Assembly: GCF_036321535.1 (NCBI RefSeq) | Contig: NC_087472.1 | Location: 103,170,001 to 103,234,000 of the forward strand | DNA: 64,000 nucleotides | Direction: 5' to 3' | Source of the DNA: Camelus dromedarius | Lineage: Eukaryota | In this document: one piece after another, positions 1 to 13,100 of the stretch | Layout: every line of letters begins with the position of its first letter | Position numbering within the stretch: position 1 is the stretch's first letter | Translations under genes and position numbers: made by a program | Notes under the pieces: model-generated | Told to the model about the DNA's origin: nothing | Database searches by the model: none | The model's input: the letters and a program-made list of their open reading frames with translations, nothing else

Positions 1-868
1 GGGGAAGTGCAAAGAATAATACCGCATGTTCACTAAATTAATCGGAGAATGGTACTAAAATGTACTGAAATAAATATCTTCAAAAAAATTCTTATTTTTA
101 TATGCCAGCTCCATTTTGTGCGCATGACTTTGGCAAATACTCAGTCTAACCGGTTGGATGAGATTGAAGTTCTGGTCCCAAGTTAAGTTACTAGGGCAGA
201 GGAGAGGGCCAGCATTTCCCTCCTATCCTCAGAAAAACACTGGCAGCAGTTCCTGGACACTTAACTATGTGTCTCCTCCAAAGATGATGAGCAAGGCCAA
301 GAGGAGATGTCACCAATGGGTAGTGCAAGGGAGGGGGGCCGAACTGGCCTTCAGGTGTGTTTTGATTCACCCACATAATACTAAACATATTTTTCAGTTC
401 ACTGCCAACATTTAAAGCTGGACGATCTCACATAAAAATCAATGTTTTCAACCTGAGAGTGAGATACTTGGTCCATGTTGAGCATTGGCTGCCACCAGGC
501 AACAACAGGCTGGATAGAAGACGTGGCCGCCCCTTTAGATGGTCCCACCAGTACTTCACAGTGGCCACCGCTGCCATTTCTCTCACACTCTCCCACCCTG
601 GCCCATTCTCCTTACTTCTCTGGCACTGTAGGTACATCTGCATTTGTGATTCCTGGGAGAAATGTTAGATGCCTAGGCATCTGTCTTGGGCACTAGCTAG
701 CTAGGAAAATGAAGTCTCTATGTGTGCTGGGCACTCTGCCTATGTAAGTTATACATAGGGGAGAGATCGCACAGGGAGATATTCTCCTGTACAATATGGT
801 TAAGAGCATGCACTTTGTAGGAAAAGAACTTCAGTTTGAATTAACTGGCTTTGTGTCATTAGCCATGG

Positions 869-1330
869 GTGTTAGCGGTTTCTAAGATGACTCCCAATGA
901 TCCTTTCTCCTGGTATTCATACTCTTGTATTATCCCCTGCCCTGAGTGTGAACTGGACCTTATGACTCACATCTAAGGGCAAATGTAATAGGATGTCACT
1001 TTCGAGATTACGTTACAAAAAGATAGTGGTTTCATCTTGTTTGCCCTCTCTGACTCCTCTTGCTTATTTGCTCTGAGGAGGCCAGTTGCTGTGTTGTGAG
1101 CTGCCCTCTGGAGAGGCCCACTTGGCAAGGAAATGAGGGTGGCCTCTGGCCAACAGCTAGAAAGAAACTGAAGCCTTGGGAGAAACTGAAACCTGCCAAC
1201 GGCCACTTGAGTGAGTTTGGAAGATGATCCTTTGCCAGAAGAGCCTTGAGATAAGACCCCCATCACAGCCCAATGAGAGACCTAGAGCAAAGGTACCCAG
1301 CTAAGCTGCATCCAGATTCCTGGTCTCTGA
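869..1330 (+). mobile_element. MLT1-family (ERVL-MaLR) LTR
   Basis: Typical MLT1 motifs: ggatgtcacttt, gccctctggagaggccca, gcctctggccaacagc. Confidence 0.7.
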
Positions 1331-4300
1331 ACATGGTCTTTAGAACTCTCTGTGAATCGGCTTTTGCCTAACTCAGGACTTCCTTGTCTGCTACTTCCTT
1401 CTTGCACTTTTTTTTTTAAAATTGAAGCATAGTCAGTTTACAATGTGTCAATTTCTGGTGTACAGTGTAAAGTCTCAGTCATATATATACATACATATAT
1501 TCATTTTCTTATTCTCTTTCACTTTAGGTTATTACAAGGTATTGAATATAGTTCCCTGTGCTATACAGAAGAAACTTGTTTCTTCTTGTACTTTTAATAC
1601 TTAATGTGAGCATCACACTGCCTCACACCTCCACCCCCATGTGGAGTACCCAGGTGTCACCTCCACCAAGAAACCTCCTCCCAACAGCACTTAGCTCTCT
1701 TCACTAGCATCGTCTTTTCCAGGGTCAGCTTCTCCACCACACTGTAAGCTCCTTAGAGGCAGGGCCCATCCCCTCTTCCTCTTTCTATTCTGAGCACTGG
1801 GTACAGTGCCTGGCACTTAGTAGATCCTCCATGAAACCAGGAACTAAAGAAATAGACTGTAAAGTGTCTGTGGGGTTTGTGAACTGAAACATACTGGTAA
1901 CCTCAGCAAGAGCAAGGAAAACGGTGGGATCAGGCTGGGTAGAGGCCTGGATGAGGAGGGGAATTGGAGTCGGCAAGAAACAGGGCACAGTAGGGAGACA
2001 GTGGATTAGAGAGCAGATAAGTCATAAGATGTATCAAATAAATATATACTTGTTTATTTGAGGTTGCTGATATTTTGTTCTTCTTGTGCTTTAAGATGAC
2101 AAAAATTAAACTTATAAAAAATTAAATAACAAATAGCATAGAGTCAGGCTTCTAGTAAGCAGTCTAGGCAACATTCATTCCCTTCTTTTGCCTTGAATGT
2201 GGAGATGAAGGAGCTAGCAGAGGCAGGTCTGATGAAGGGAAAGGTAGTAAGTACACAGGACCCATAGAAATAAAAGCAAATGGAGGAAATGGATGGGAAA
2301 CTTGGGGTGATGGAAACGTTCTAAAATTGGATTGTAGTGATGGTTGCACCACTCTGTAAATTTACTAAAAATCATTACATAGTTCTTTTTAAATAAATAA
2401 ATAAATAACTAAATAACTAAATAAATAAATAAATAATAAAGGACCAAAACTAGGGAAGGAGAACTTAAAATATTTGTGAGAGCATTCTTACTAGGTTCAC
2501 TGGTGATGCCCCATAGAAGGGTAAAGTTAAGTGAAGCAGGGTGGGGCAGGACGCACCCTTAGGAGAACAATGGGACCCATCTCTTGTCTTTACTGCGTGG
2601 TGACATTGCCAGTGAGATAGATTCCAGAGGAGGTGATGATTTACAGGGATCATCCATGGGACTCAGGCCAGACATAATGTAGTGTGCCCTTCCTCAGTAT
2701 TTTGTATCCTTTACATGTACTCATTAAAATCAATAACTGTGTCCTCTTCAGGGAGCCAAATGACAAAACAGTACCTAGCAGAGAGCACTGGTATGACATG
2801 CTCACATCCCTTCTCTTAGTATCCTTTCCATTTCTGGAAAGTAGGTTGTGATGGCCCCTCTTTCATTCCTGATTTTAGTAATTTGAGTATTCTCTCTTTT
2901 ATTTTTTCTGTTGGTCCACCAAGCTAAAGATTTGTCAGTTTTATTGATCCTTCCCAAGAACCAACTTTTGCTTTCATTGATTTCTGCTCTGTTCTTTATT
3001 ATGTCTTTCTTTGTATTTGCCTTGAGTTTAGTTTGCTCTTCTCTTTCTAGTTTCTATAGGTAGAAACCTAGGTTCTTGGTTTGAGAAATTTTTCCTTTTT
3101 TGATACAGGTTTTTTTCATCTATAAATTTCCCTCTAGGCACTGCTTTAACTGTACCCCATAAGGTTTGGTATGTTTTGTTTTTGTCACATACCTTCCCCA
3201 GCCTCTTTCCTTGTACACTTTATCCGTAGCTCTTTGTAAAGCACACTGTAGCATTTCCTACTTTTTAAAAAAAATTATAGACATTGATATTTATTAGATC
3301 TTTTCTTTTCTGGAATTAGAATTGTTTCTTGCCTTTCTTCAAATCTAGGATTGTCTTTCTTTTAACTTTTTCTTTATTTTTTATGTTCATTTACTCTTTC
3401 TTCCTCTTTGAATGCTATTGATTATTTTGCAACAGCATGGAGAAATAGCAGAGAAGAATGAGCAGGAAATAGGTTGTCACTGAAATGTGGAAAAAGAGGC
3501 AGAGAAAGTTAGTTACTTATTAAAGATTAATTGTATCTTAAAGAAAATAATTATTGGAGCAAAATGAAAAGGGGCTATCTGTTTGGTCCTCCCTAAGAAA
3601 ATAAGTGGAAAATTAGCAACCTCTCTGCAATTTTTCTTGCATATTTTGTAAAAATAGTCTGAAGCTGACTCACCTAGGGAAGGTAAGATCAAGGAATGAT
3701 TTAGTTAGTTGTGTTTGGATATATCTAAAGAGCTATTGGGAGGAAAATATTGGCCATTTATTTTGCATATGTGATTGCCCAGGCAAATAGCTGGATAAGA
3801 GTTCTTTTTTTTTTTTTTTTGAGGGATTATCCAGTTTATTTGTTTATATTTTTTTAAACTTTTTTTTTATTGAGTTCTAGTCATTTTACAATGTTGTGGC
3901 AATAGTTGGATAAGAATTCTTGAATCTATTATTCAAAAGAAAAAAAAGGGACTAAAAAAATAAAACAAAAAACTGTTTGTCTTGAATGATCTTGAGGATT
4001 AACTCACTTGGTTAAGAAACTGATTAAATAACTTCCTAAGATTTCCAACTCAATGAAGAAATAATACATTGGCAACAAATAGTCCCTAGACTGTCAAAGA
4101 AATGAGAAGGCTTACCATTATGTAGGATCCTCAGAAGAAAAGAAAGAAGGTTGTCAGGGACCTAGACGGGACTGAGACTAACTAGATAACAGGACTGCTC
4201 TGCATCCGGAGTGAACTTATGAGAGCTGGTGTTCTACAGACAGAGCCTGCCCATCGTCTAGTTCTGGCGGGAGTAATGGTAAACCCTAAAGGGAGACAAT

Positions 4301-4565
4301 TATTTCAGACTAATTAAGACTATGTGATACTATCAAATTTAGTTTGAAAAAAGAAAAAAGAAACCTGCACAGAATTAATCACATTCTGTTTTCAACAGAC
4401 ACTCGAAGTTTCAGGTAAAATTGGAAATATTCAGATTAGTTTACATCTAGATAGGATGAAAAAAGGAGAAGATTCAAAAGCAAATAATATTTGAACTTAA
4501 AAATCTCTTTTAAACTGTGTTTCTTTAAAACTAGGTAACAGTATTTAATTAATGAAATTAACAGA

Positions 4566-4743
4566 GGTGAAGGGTATAGCTCAAGTGGTAGAGCACATGC
4601 TTAGCATGTGTGAGGTCCTGGGTTCAATCCCCAATACCTCCTCTAAAATAAATAAACCTAATTACCTCCCCCTGAAAATAAAAAATATATAATTAAGCAA
4701 TACAATAATAAATAAATATTAAATATTTTTAAATAAAAAAATA
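4566..4743 (+). mobile_element. tRNA-derived SINE (camelid Vic-1-like)
   Basis: A/B boxes tagctcaagtggta and ggttcaatccc, A-rich tail, TSD aaattaacaga (4555-4565 / 4744-4754). Confidence 0.9.
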
Positions 4744-5245
4744 AAATTAACAGAACATAAGCTTCCATTTTCCTAAAATAGGACTAGTCTTAACTCATTA
4801 AGACTGCAACCGCATGTACTCATAAATATGCTTTTTGCTCCATTTCAAAGGTATTGCAATCTCATCAGTTAAATCTGATTAAATAATATTACTATTTAAT
4901 ATAAAAGAGCTTTGTAAAGTCAGTAAGCAGAGAAAATTAGTACATATTCAATACACGTATACAAAATAAATTTCCAGCAAAGCTTTACTTTCTCACCCTA
5001 CCTTTATATCAATTATAGAATCTATACATATATATATTTATTAATAAAAAATACTACCTGTACTAGAAGAAAATGTACATAAAACTTGAAGGGACTTTTT
5101 CCATACACTGAAAAAGTAGGTCCAATGAGTCCCTTGCCACTGCTAACAAAGAGGTCCACACTCCCATGGAAGCAGTGTGATGTAGCCTATGCTGATATCA
5201 CACTGTCCCTTTAACTCCAGACAAGACCACAGGTCTGGTTCTCAC

Positions 5246-5443
5246 CTGATTTATCTGTAGAATCTTCAAATTCCACGAGGAAAGAGTACCCGTTATTCCA
5301 GATGTGTAGGCAGGTAGTCGGGTCATAAGAGATGGTAAGCGGTTTTAAGTCAGGATCGTAGACACTGTCCCTCCACCGGATGTTGATGGGTGACTGGCGC
5401 TCACCCCCTGGGACCAGGTCCATGCTCTCCCAGAGAGGGTGCA
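5246..5443 (-). CDS. CA5B: Carbonic anhydrase 5B, mitochondrial, exon 3 (198 nt, internal coding exon)
   Basis: Translates [65 protein letters not shown], with the alpha-CA QSPINI and NNGYS motifs. Acceptor ctttctcccag| and donor |gtgag; phase is compatible with exon 2. Confidence 0.96.
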
Positions 5444-6206
5444 CTGGGAGAAAGCACATCAGGGCTGTCATTGAGAGGCCTACTAGCTGGGATCCCACTA
5501 GAGGAATGATATTGTCCCATGTAAGCGTATATGCTGAGTTCACCTCTTACATAAGCCAGCTGGGAGAATTAGGCAGCCATCCTGCAAAACCTGGGTAGAA
5601 TATTAGCATTGCTAAGGTCCCTGGAGTTCTGTCCATCACATGAATGCTATGACATTGTATATCAAGTTGTACACGTGTATACACATACTTTGTCCCACAT
5701 GAGCACTGATGACATCACTGATAGTGATTTTTCTACCAAAGAGACAAGCACCAGGTCTTTGTGGCGAGTCCCTGACAAATCTCAGCAGATTTCCTGTAAC
5801 ACAAAGAGAGCTGTTGAGACATCCAGGCATGATGGATAGAACCCCCCAGTATAATTCGGGGTGGTCCAGCTCTCTGCCAACGGGAAAACCAGACAAAATC
5901 TGAATCAAGATAAATCATGACCAGTGACCCTCTGCACCTCACCCCACCGCTGAGAATGAGTCTAAGGATTTGAGAGAGTGACAAGGCAGCTGCTGCCCAG
6001 TCAAACCCCCTGTGCATGGCAGGCTGACTGGCGTGGCACTTTTCATAAAAACAAGCTTGTCTCTGGTTTCCTCTTACAGAGAAGACAATTGTCTCCCTGA
6101 GGTGGCTGCCGAAAGCTGGAAGTTCAAGATCTTAACCTTGGGGAGATTTTTTGGTAAAAGTACCCAGCTGTAGAGACATAGAATGCTCAAAGGTAGTTTC
6201 AAGACC

Positions 6207-6420
6207 AGTGGCTCTCAAAGGAGGGAGCACTTCTGAACTCAGGGAACATTCGGCAAGGTCTGGAGACACTTGCGGTTGTCAAAACTGGAGGAGGGCACTA
6301 CTGACATCTAGTGGGTAGAGGCCAGGGATGCAGCTAAACATCCCACTGTTTTAGGACAGGGCTCTCACAAGAATTATGTGACCCCCAAATATCATTAATA
6401 CCAAAATTGAGAAACCTTAG
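6207..6420. mobile_element. MER20 (hAT-Charlie); paralogous copy at ~61938-62135
   Basis: cagtgg.tctcaa ... tctggagacac ... ctactgacatctagtgggtagaggccagggatgc ... ttgagaaacc. Confidence 0.8.
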
Positions 6421-7888
6421 TCTAGAGCAAAAATCTATGGGCAAACTCAGAGTATCCCCCCCCTTTTTTTTTGGTTCAAATTTTTCATATAATGTAGTAA
6501 TCTCATCTCTAGAGAGCTCTGAACCCAAAGTTTTGGGTTTTCTCCCTTAGTATAAAAGAAGTTGTGAAGAACAAGAACTTACTTTAGACAAGGATAACCT
6601 TCTGTTTCAGAAATCTAAAATGAAAAATGCATATGAATTGGTACAATACAATCATACATCAGATTGAAATGCAAATTCTTTGCAGGCAGGAGCCATATCC
6701 TCCCCTTTTTTAGTGCCCTTTAGAGCCTTATTTGATATATGCCCTTTAATTTGAGTATTGATTATCCAACTGCTATTGTTGAGATAAAAAGCTGTATTTG
6801 ACTAATTGTGTGATATTTTAAAACTTCCAGAAACCCCTAGAACAGCCCAGGTTCAGTTTTAAAGATTGTCCCCTCTGAGACGCTGAGGCCAAGGCTGAGT
6901 ATTGGAGAAGTCACACCCTTCAAAACTGATTCATGAGGGTCTTCTGTGGAGACTAGGGGAGTGGGGATTAATGAGCAGACCCCCAAGAAGATGCCCTCTT
7001 TCACCCTTAGTCACCCCCCCCCCACCTCAGACAGGGAGTGCCTGGATTCTCCTCTCACCCAGGCAGACACCAGCCCAAGGAAACCGGGCCTCTTCCTTCA
7101 GTTGCTCTTTTATGACCCTAACGCTCCTATCAATGTGTGCCCTTCAGTTCACAAGTTCAGCTTCCAGAAGGTTTTCTTTCCCCCACCCACCTCCTCCTTT
7201 AGGGACCCAGACCAGCCCCCACTAGGGGGTCCTTGGTCACTGTGCCCATAGTGAAGCCAGCTTCTGCCCAGGGCTTGTTGTGCTAAACATAAATTCACAT
7301 TTCTGTTCTCTCCTCCCTTCCTCTTGCTCCATTTTAACAAAATAGAGTAAATGATTTCTTGATAGTTGCTCATACTTTCCCTCAAAGTAAGAAGACGATT
7401 GAGTGTTCTGACTGACAGAGCCTGCATATTCAGTTTTTTCCTGTATGGGGAAAATGAAATAAACAGAGTGATTCTCTCAACCAGGGTTTAAGGGAGTGAC
7501 ACCACACGGTCATTGACAGAAGCCCTTCGGATGCCATGTGCTCAGGTTTAGTTCTTGTTTCTGTGACTGATCCTGGCTTTGATTTGCTTTGTGCTTGTAC
7601 CACCTATAGCTCCAGCCTCGGGGGAGGGGGGTTGTCCCTCTTTCAGCTCCATTCCTGCCTTAGCCCCTCCGTTCCTGCTCCTCCTCCTCAGAAATCAATT
7701 TCCCCTCACTCAGCTCAGGACTGGCTCCAATTATATTTAGATCTTGGGCTTGTCACTTCCTCAGTAAAATTTTCTGTGACTACCATCTTATAATATGATC
7801 CTCTCTTCTTCTTATTTTTTAATCATAGCACTCAGATCCTTTCCTTCACAATGTTTATTACATAGGTATAGTCATAATTATATGCATA

Positions 7889-8904
7889 TGAAGGGTAGCA
7901 GGAGATGCCACTGTAGATGAGTAAATATAATTTTCCCTTACCCTTCTAGTTCCTTAGCTGAGACCCCTGTGTAATAAAAAGAAAGATTAATAGGAGAAAA
8001 ATTTAATTACCTACTTATTTACTGAAGATCCCACAAAGATCTGAGACTCAAAAGGCAGCTGGGCAATTGAGGCTTCAATACCATCTTGAACCAAGGAGTG
8101 GGACGGGGGCTGGGATTTCAGAGGGGAGGAAGGGATTTCACGGGAAGGTGAGAAGAGGAAATGTATGCCAAACAAACTTTGTAAAAGGTCTCTCAGGTGA
8201 AAAAGTGATCTCTGGTTAAGAGCTATTGTCCCCGTGCAGACCTTTTTCTAATGCAAATGTCGCTTCCAAAAAAAACAAAAACAAAAACAAAAAACCCTGT
8301 AACTTGCACTCCATTTCCAGAGTTTCTCTGTGTCTGCAGTTTCTCCAAATAAGCAGCTCAAAATAATCCGTATGTCAAAGAGACATATTTTGGGGTGGTG
8401 AAGGGGAGCAGAATATGCCACCCATAAATATATCTCTTTGGCATAAGGATTATTTTGAGCACCTTATTTTGAGACACAGGAGAAGCTCTGGAAACAGAGT
8501 GGAAATTACCCTTTTGTAAGGGAAATTTACATTTACAATGGAAATCTCCATTTGAACAGTGTCTCCCTCTCTATACCAGGAAGAGGAGGATGACTAAGTC
8601 ACCAGAAACTCATCACTGGAGAATGCAGGACTCAGATCTGCATAGTAACCTTACCCTTGTTCACTGTGTGTTTCCTGGTCACCTCCAATAACGCACCTCC
8701 CCCAATATCTTCTTTTGTCTTTAGTATTAAAGGTGGTATCTTGGGCCCTCTGGGGGAGTAACTTGTTTTCCTGGGTCTCTCTCATGGTATAGGAGGTATA
8801 CAAGTTATTAAACTCCTGTTTTTCTCCCATTAATCCATATTATTACAGAGGTCTCAGCCAAGAGCCTAGAAGGGTAGAGGGAAAATCAGTTCTCCTCTCC
8901 TACA
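7889..8904. mobile_element. Composite MER34-like ERV1 LTR structure (inverted LTR body plus full LTR)
   Basis: TG...CA ends, 4-bp TSD cata (7885-7888 / 8905-8908), gccaccc..aaatat..ctttggcataaggattattttgagc motif in both orientations; empty site in the paralog at ~63415. Confidence 0.75.
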
Positions 8905-10017
8905 CATATACACTTAACTATCTGCCTCCCTCACTGTTCTGCAGTCTGAGACTGAGCTGGCTTTCAATCACTTGCGGATTGAACGTACAAGATAAAGAGC
9001 ATCGCTGGGAAGGGTTCATCCCCCTTTTATTTTTATTTCCTTTTACCTCACTGATCATCACATTATTTTTTCTTTAATAAATTCTCAGGTTTATCTCTTC
9101 CTCGCCTTGTCCAGGACCACCAGGCTGGTCAGGGCCTCTGTACCCAACACTTCATACCACACTTCGTGGTGGTTTTGCTCTTCTCTCACTCCTCTCTACT
9201 CCATCTTCTCAAAGTGGTCTGACATCTTCTCCAACCCCACTAATCTCTCTTTCTTCGGAACTCACCCTGCATTCACTGTCACAACATTTAACATCCAAAC
9301 AGTCCTCTTGTAATGTGTATTTCCTTAATCTGCTCAAAGGGCCTGCGTCCTATATTTTTTCTATAGTCCAGGGCCAAACTTGGTACCAGGCACAAAGGAG
9401 GCACTGAATGCTTATTTTACTGATAGAGAAAACCAAACAAGTCCAGGCCAAGGCTTTCTACCCTTACTTCACACTCATAGTCTCTCCAGCCAAGCAAGCA
9501 GGTGCACCCCAGAACACCTGTGTTCATATGATCTCATCTGCCTGTTTTTCTCTCATTCCATAAACTCCTGCCAGGCTCTCAAGGTTAGTTCAAGCCCCTT
9601 CCCTAACAACCCCACAATGTATTAAGCATCCTTTCATCTGCTGTTACTCTTCGACATCCGCTCTCTGTTCCTGCACTGTCTAATCTGGTTGCCACTCGCT
9701 CGGTATGGCTGCTTTAAATTGAGGTGTGCTGTAAAACACCTAGGGACTTTGAAGACTTAGTACAAAACAAAGAATATAAAATATTTCACTTATAATTCTT
9801 ATATTTGCTTCATTTTTAAGTGATAATAGTTTGCTATATTGGGTTAAATAAAATAATAAAATTAATCTCACCTGTATACTATATTTCACCTATGTATTTG
9901 ATATATTAGTAGAATTAATTTCACAAATGAGCAAAATTTATTTCTTCTTTTCTTCCCCAGCTATATTGTGATGTAATTGACATACTTATTTGTTGCTTTT
10001 TTAATTAGAAAATATAG

Positions 10018-10188
10018 GAGGGGAAGGGTATAGTTCAGTGGTAGAGCACATGCTTAGCATGCAGGAGATCATGGGTTCGAGTCCCAGTACCTCCATTACA
10101 TAAAAGTAAATAAGTAAATAAATAAATAAACAAACAAACCTAATTACCTCCCTCCCCTCCCCAAAACAAATAAATAAATAAAAATAAA
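10018..10188 (+). mobile_element. tRNA-derived SINE (Vic-1-like)
   Basis: Same head as the SINE at 4566; TSD agaaaatatag (10007-10017 / 10189-10199). Confidence 0.9.
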
Positions 10189-10383
10189 AGAAAATATAGA
10201 ATTGCCTATATGGCTTATATTTGTGGCTCACATCATTTATCTACTGGACATTGATGCTCCATACCCTCATTAGCTTTTCCTCCTGTGCTTTGCCCTGTAC
10301 TGTCCTTTTTCTTGAGATGTGCTATTTCCACATTGAATTAAGGACCATCCTAGCAGGCTTAGGGCTTAGTACAGTGATGGATA

Positions 10384-11279
10384 TGTTAGCAGATAGAGAG
10401 ACTCCTAAATTAGGACACCCACCAAAGTGCAGGTTCTTGCCACTGGCTGCGAAAGAATTCGCACAGGAGACGCAGAGAGATGAAGTGAACCGCTGCTTTA
10501 TTGCTCAGAAGGGGAAATGGAAGGAAAGTGCTTGAGCAGGGGGAAGGAAAGAAAAGCGCCTGAATGAGGAAAAGGCGTTCAAGTGGGAAGCGTCAGCCAA
10601 GATGGGCAGTAGAGACGGCTCCAGCCCAGGTCTGGCCACATGGACTTTTATAAGAGGCTTCTGCCATCTTGTCCTCCTTCTGGGTGTGATGGAGCCAATC
10701 AGTCCTGGTATGGGATTTTCCGGTTGTTGTCATGGCAGTCATCAACTGTCATGTTGCTGGTGGGCATGTCATTTAGCATGCCAATACATTACAGTGAGTG
10801 TATAATGAGCCTCAAGTTCAACTAAAAGTCAAATCCTCCACCATCTTGGGCTCCCTTGGTTCTAACCAGGTCTTGTTCTTCTCTGCAGCTGCCTCCAGAG
10901 GCTTAGATAAGAGTAATTGGTTTCTGTTTGAGGAAGGGGCAGGGGTAGGATCCTTGGGGCAACAGCCTTGGTAACAAAAAGGAGGGCTGCTTTTCATCAG
11001 ACTGCCTGCAATCTGGTGGACCCAGCATTCCCCTCAAAAACCCATCTCCAAAGATTCTGTTCAGCCATGAAAGTTTTAAAGGGAAATGAAGGATTAATCT
11101 CAGTTAATGGTTGAGATAGGTGGTCAGAGTTGTTGCCATCCCCCAGTGCCTGCAGGCTTGTCCTAATCAACTGCTTGAGCTGCTCTTCCATGACTCGGGG
11201 AGGCTTGGGAGACTTTAGCTTTTCTACAAACAAGAGGCAGGGGTTGGGGGTGGCGGCCACAGGGTCCTGCTTGGTATCA
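10384..11279 (-). mobile_element. ERV1-type solo or nested LTR
   Basis: TG...CA ends with 4-bp TSD gata (10380-10383 / 11280-11283); minus-strand AATAAA at ~10497. Confidence 0.75.
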
Positions 11280-12059
11280 GATACACAAAGACCCTCCATG
11301 TGAATTTGTTGAGGATGGTCACAGCATCCCTAATTGCCTTGTTAGAGCATCAGGGCTGTAAAAGGCACTTTAATGCTGAGCCCAGATAACCACAGCATCA
11401 CATGCAGTTACAAGCAGGAGTGACCACGTTTCCTGGTGGTCAGTTCAGAGCTATTAGTTTCTTATAGCTGCAGATACCCTTGAGGCCGTTAATTAATTCC
11501 AAAGGGCTCTTCATCGGTCCATTGTTTCTCAACGTTATTTGACTATTAATGAAAGACTCAATCTGGTGCATCATGAGTCTAGATTATCTGGGGATTATCA
11601 AAGTTCTTTGTGAAGATATTGCAAAACATGCTTTGTAATACTCTTGTTTTTCAGGTTTTGTATCCTTCAAAATTAATTGAAGAAATAACTGAACAACTTT
11701 CTAACACAGTTCAGTTATTATATAGATCAGTGCTGTCAAATAGAACTTTCTCTGATAATGAAAGTGGCCAGTATGGTAAATGCTAGGCACTTGTGGCCAT
11801 AAAATTTTAATGAATTTTTATTTACTCGTAAATACCCATGTGGGTCTAGTGCCTACATTTTATACAGTACCATTGTATTCCAACTTAAACTAAAAAAAAT
11901 GGTTTTCTTTCTTCTAAAATTAGACATCATGAACAAAATGAATCACTGGAATAATGACAAATAACAAATATGTGCCATTTCCATTCTAGATGATACTCCT
12001 TATATTTCATTAAATTAAGAATTAACATCATTAAATTTATTATCTTATGGCCTAGGATC

Positions 12060-13100
12060 TCATGCTTAATGTTTAAAAAGACTTTATTAATTTTTTTAAG
12101 GTTCAGTGATTTCCTATATACTGCTGGCCCACACACATGCATAGCCTCCCCCATTATCACCTCCCATCAAAGTGGTACTTTTATTATAATTGACAAACCT
12201 ACACTGACACATCAGAATCCCGAAAAGTCCATTATTTCCATTGTGGTTCACCCTTGGTGTTTTACATTCTGTGGGTTTAGACAAACGTATTATGACATGT
12301 ATCCTTCATTATAGTATCATACAAAATATTTTCACTGCCCTAAAGATACTCTGTGCTCTACCTACTCATCCCTCCCTCTGCCAACTCTTAGCAATCATTG
12401 ATCTTTTTACTCCATAGTTCTCATAGTCTCCAGAGTTTTGCTTTCCCAGAATGTCAGAGTTGGAATCATACAGTAGGTAGTCTTCTCATAATGGCTTCTT
12501 TCATGTAGCAGTATGCATTTAAGGTGTCTCCATGTTTTTTCATGGTTTGATAGCTCATTTCTTTTTAGTGCTGAATAATATTCTGTTGTCTGGATGTACC
12601 ACAGTTTATGTATCCACTCATGTACTGAAGGATATCTTGGGTGCTTCCAATTTTGGCAGTTATGAATTCAGTTGCTATAAATATCTGTGTGCAGTTTTTT
12701 GTGTGGACATAGTTTTCAACAACTTTGGATGAATACCAAGGGGTAATTGATTGCTGGATTGTATGGTAAGAGTATACTAATGTTGAAAGAAACTGCCAAA
12801 CTATCTTCCAAAGTGGCTGTACCATTTTACATTACTACCAGCAATGAATGAGTGTTTCTGTTGCTCCACTTCCTGGTCAGCATTTGGTATTGTCAGTGTT
12901 CTGAATTTTGGCCACTCTAATAGGTATGTAGTGGTGTCCTGTGGTTATTTAACTTGCATTTCACTGATGACATATGATGTGGAGCATCTTTTCGCATGCT
13001 TGTTTGCCATCTATATAGCATCTTAGGTGATGTGTCTGTTAGGAAATAAATGGGTCTGTTGACACATTTTTTTAACTGGATTGTCTTATTATTGACTGTT
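12060..13100 (-). mobile_element. Old L1 (L1M) 3' fragment
   Basis: The reverse strand encodes L1 ORF2 C-terminus-like VQPLWKIVWQFL, followed by L1 3' UTR-like sequence. Confidence 0.8.

Larger units (their letters stand above)
4850..9850 (+). repeat. Segmental duplication, direct paralog of ~58255-64000
   Basis: Colinear homology including exon 3, a MER20 and intronic sequence, with identity varying strongly along its length. Confidence 0.95.

Noticed and set aside
150..700. Possible CA5B exon 4 or another exon near the left edge
   Set aside because: No QFHFHWG-coding sequence; the short ORFs are unrecognisable. Exon 4 presumably lies beyond the window.
4566..4645. tRNA-like sequence (also at 10020 and 57992)
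   Set aside because: These are SINE heads with A-rich tails and TSDs, not tRNA genes.
6902..7793. ORFs shared by both paralogs (e.g. 6946-7251 and 62435-62782)
   Set aside because: Sharing is explained by nucleotide homogenisation; the frames differ by an indel between copies and show no protein similarity I recognise.
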